The position numbers and the translations under genes are program-made. The notes beneath the pieces are model-generated. The model saw only the letters and a list, made by a program, of their open reading frames with translations, ran no database searches and was not told the DNA's origin. Below are positions 35,852 to 37,804 of a stretch of DNA of 37,804 nucleotides, in pieces. The stretch comes from Gammaproteobacteria bacterium (GTDB lineage: Bacteria > Pseudomonadota > Gammaproteobacteria > Pseudomonadales > UBA7434): contig JAJRPK010000236.1 in assembly GCA_024280785.1 (NCBI GenBank), forward strand, positions 1-37,804, in the 5' to 3' direction. How positions within the stretch are numbered: position 1 is the stretch's first letter; every line of letters starts with the position of its first letter.

Positions 35852-35918
35852 ATATCTTGATCTGCAAGCTCAAAGGTTTGGGCTTGAAATAAATGTTAAC
35901 CATCGAATCAGAAATCCT

Positions 35919-37043
35919 ATGAGTAAAAGTTATCCACTAAACACTACCGAAGAACTGATCGCCGATATCCGTCAGGGTAAAATGATCATCCTGATGGACG
36001 ATGAAGATCGAGAGAATGAAGGCGACCTGGTCATGGCGGCGGAGAAAGTGACTCCCGAAGCGATCAATTTTATGGCCCGCGAAGGCCGGGGTCTGATCTG
36101 CATGCCAATGAGTAAGCAGCGCTGTGAGCAATTGGATATACCGTTGATGGTTGACAATAATCGTGCGTCTCACGGAACCAATTTCACCTTGTCTATAGAA
36201 GCCGCTGTCGGCGTGACCACCGGAATTTCTGCTGGCGATAGAGCTTGCACCGTAACGGCTGCCGCTAACAGAAATGCCGTGCCTGCCGATATCGTTCAAC
36301 CGGGGCATATCTTTCCTTTAATGGCTCAGCCCAGCGGCGTTTTGGTTAGAGCAGGACATACCGAGGCAAGCTGTGATTTGGCTAGATTGGCAGGTTTTGA
36401 CGAATCGGCGGTGATCGTTGAAATTATTAACGACGACGGCAATATGGCACGCCGTGAAGATCTGGATAAATTTGCTGTGAAGCACGGCTTAAAAATTGGC
36501 ACAATCGCCGATTTGATTCACTACCGGTTATTGCACGAAAAAACGGTAGAGCTTATTGAGGGAGGAACGATTAATACCGATCACGGCGAGTTTGATATTC
36601 ACGTATTTCATGATAGCACCAGTAATGAAACGCATTTAGCCTTGGTTAAAGGTACCCCGGTAGGAGATGACCCTACTTTGGTTAGAGTGCACATTGGTTC
36701 GGCGGTCAGAGATATGTTCAGCGCTCAACTTAGCGACAAGCCCGGTTGGAATGTTCAGCGTTGTTTAGCAAAGATTGCCGAGCAAGGGGTGGGTGTACTG
36801 GTTCTGTTAGCCAATCCGACACCTACGACAGATTGGTTAGAAGAAGCACAAATCGCGCTCGGTAAAAAAGTCAAACCTTCTGTATTAGTCACTAAGGGCA
36901 CGGACTCATTAACCATCGGTGTGGGGTCACAGATACTGCGACAACTTGGGGTTAATAAGATGCGCCTGATGGGACCAGAGGTTCACTATTCCGGTATTTC
37001 CGGTTTTGATCTAGAGGTCGTCGAATACGTCGATTGTGATTAG
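35919..37043 (+). CDS. ribB: 3,4-dihydroxy-2-butanone-4-phosphate synthase fused to a degenerate GTP cyclohydrolase II-like domain (RibBX type)
   Basis: The DHBPS domain is intact ([19 protein letters not shown]). The C-terminal domain keeps the RibA-like fold end ([18 protein letters not shown]) but reads [16 protein letters not shown] where RibA has the HSEC...C-x-C zinc site. I prefer the ATG at 35919 (MSKSYPL) to the ORF-track start at 35805. Confidence 0.85.
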   Translation: MSKSYPLNTTEELIADIRQGKMIILMDDEDRENEGDLVMAAEKVTPEAINFMAREGRGLICMPMSKQRCEQLDIPLMVDNNRASHGTNFTLSIEAAVGVTTGISAGDRACTVTAAANRNAVPADIVQPGHIFPLMAQPSGVLVRAGHTEASCDLARLAGFDESAVIVEIINDDGNMARREDLDKFAVKHGLKIGTIADLIHYRLLHEKTVELIEGGTINTDHGEFDIHVFHDSTSNETHLALVKGTPVGDDPTLVRVHIGSAVRDMFSAQLSDKPGWNVQRCLAKIAEQGVGVLVLLANPTPTTDWLEEAQIALGKKVKPSVLVTKGTDSLTIGVGSQILRQLGVNKMRLMGPEVHYSGISGFDLEVVEYVDCD

Positions 37044-37108
37044 CCGTATCAACACCTGTCGTTTAAACCAAAGCAGTTCAATATATTTGCGAGCGGTAGC
37101 TTAACTTT

Positions 37109-37648
37109 ATGAAAACAGAAGCGGTTGATCCACGGTCAGAACAGTACCAACGGTCGCCTGAGTTACAAAGAAAAATTGATTCGATTGGGGTTACAGAAGG
37201 CCTTTGCGAAAATCAAGCCTATGCGGTCGCGGTTGTTGTAGGCCGTTGGCATCAATTTATTTGCGACCGTTTATTGCAGGGCGCATTGGAAGTTCTAAAT
37301 GAAAGTGGTATTGCTGATGATGCCATCGATATTGTTTATGTTCCCGGCGCATTTGAGATGCCGCTAGCGGTTAAGAGGATTGCCGATCGCGGTAAGCATA
37401 AGGCGATCGTTACACTTGGTGCGGTGATAAAAGGCGACACGCCACATTTTGATTTTGTCGCGGGTGAATGCGCGCGCGGTATTGCCGACGTGTCGCTCGA
37501 ATACGATATTCCTATTGGTTTTGGTGTGTTAACCGTTAATAATGTGGATCAAGCATTGGCGCGCGCCGAAAAAGGCGAAGCTAATAAAGGCCGCGAAGCG
37601 GCTGCGGCTGCGATTGAAATGACAGACTTACTCAGTAAACTTTCCTAA
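37109..37648 (+). CDS. ribH: 6,7-dimethyl-8-ribityllumazine synthase
   Basis: The core is AVAVVVGRWHQFICDRLLQGALEVL ... VPGAFEMPLA ... GAVIKGDTPHFDFV. The N-terminus is about 20 aa longer than usual and has no alternative in-frame ATG. Confidence 0.9.
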   Translation: MKTEAVDPRSEQYQRSPELQRKIDSIGVTEGLCENQAYAVAVVVGRWHQFICDRLLQGALEVLNESGIADDAIDIVYVPGAFEMPLAVKRIADRGKHKAIVTLGAVIKGDTPHFDFVAGECARGIADVSLEYDIPIGFGVLTVNNVDQALARAEKGEANKGREAAAAAIEMTDLLSKLS

Positions 37649-37804
37649 TGGCTAAACCTTCTCCGGAACAATTAAAACGTCGCACACTAGCGAGTGGCCG
37701 ACACAAAGCCCGGCATTTTTCGATGCAGGCGCTGTATCAATGGCATTTCACCGCGGCATCGGCAGTAGATCTCGAAGCACAATTTCGAGCTGATTTTAAT
37801 ATGA
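37648..37804 (+). CDS. nusB: Transcription antitermination factor NusB, N-terminal part (3' end lies outside the window)
   Basis: The ATG overlaps the ribH stop (TAATG). The translation MAKPSPEQLKRRTLASGRHKARHFSMQALYQWHF matches the NusB N-terminus, and the position after ribH is conserved. Confidence 0.85.
   Translation, partial: MAKPSPEQLKRRTLASGRHKARHFSMQALYQWHFTAASAVDLEAQFRADFNM

Noticed and set aside
35805-35918. N-terminal extensions in the ORF track (6511, 12201, 16832, 22243, 25199, 31639, 35237, 35805).
   Set aside because: In each case an internal ATG gives the canonical family N-terminus (for example [44 protein letters not shown]). The extension also overlaps the upstream gene or lacks an RBS.
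35852-35918. FMN (RFN) riboswitch within the rib operon spacers (33398-33457, 35157-35248, 35852-35918, 37044-37108).
   Set aside because: The spacers are all under 100 nt and lack the conserved RFN helices. This gene order (nrdR-ribD-ribE-ribB-ribH-nusB) usually has no RFN element.

Overview
This is a chromosomal segment from a gammaproteobacterium. The gene order radA / ettA / glyA / nrdR-ribD-ribE-ribB-ribH-nusB plus an atu/liu-type acyl-CoA carboxylase cluster suggests a marine Pseudomonadales/Cellvibrionales-like organism, but that taxon is inference only. Most of the window is ordinary, densely packed coding sequence. From left to right: (1) a MoxR AAA+ ATPase (5' end cut by the window), DUF58 and a TgpA-like membrane transglutaminase in one operon; (2) DUF1289 and miaE; (3) an AraC-type regulator followed by a seven-gene acyclic-terpene/branched-chain acyl-CoA cluster (ACAD, GST, ACAD, carboxyltransferase, enoyl-CoA hydratase, biotin carboxylase/BCCP, AtuA-family protein); (4) a small membrane protein and an alpha/beta hydrolase; (5) two divergent FAD proteins (YhiN family and COG2509-like); (6) an accessory patch at about 20.7-28.3 kb, holding parD with a truncated parE, arsR-arsI-arsC-acr3, a solitary HUH/Y1 (IS200/RAYT-like) transposase with a flanking repeat array, a GST-like + YkgJ pair, and a two-gene DnaT-like + lambda-P-like replication module divergent from radA; (7) a frameshifted ettA; (8) glyA; (9) nrdR and the riboflavin operon, ending in a partial nusB. 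I found no rRNA, tRNA or CRISPR array. My best candidate for an under-described system is the prophage-free DnaT-like (triplicated domain) / P-family loader operon next to radA. Other points worth a second look: an in-frame TAA that cuts a Cys-rich tail off ArsI, an apparently leaderless arsR sitting inside its own palindromic operator, three perfect Met-Lys-stop minigenes in the yhiN leader, a RibBX-type degenerate GTP cyclohydrolase II domain, and a recurring pattern of 11-14 bp units repeated about three times at five loci. All calls rest on reading the translations and the DNA by eye. No database search was run.
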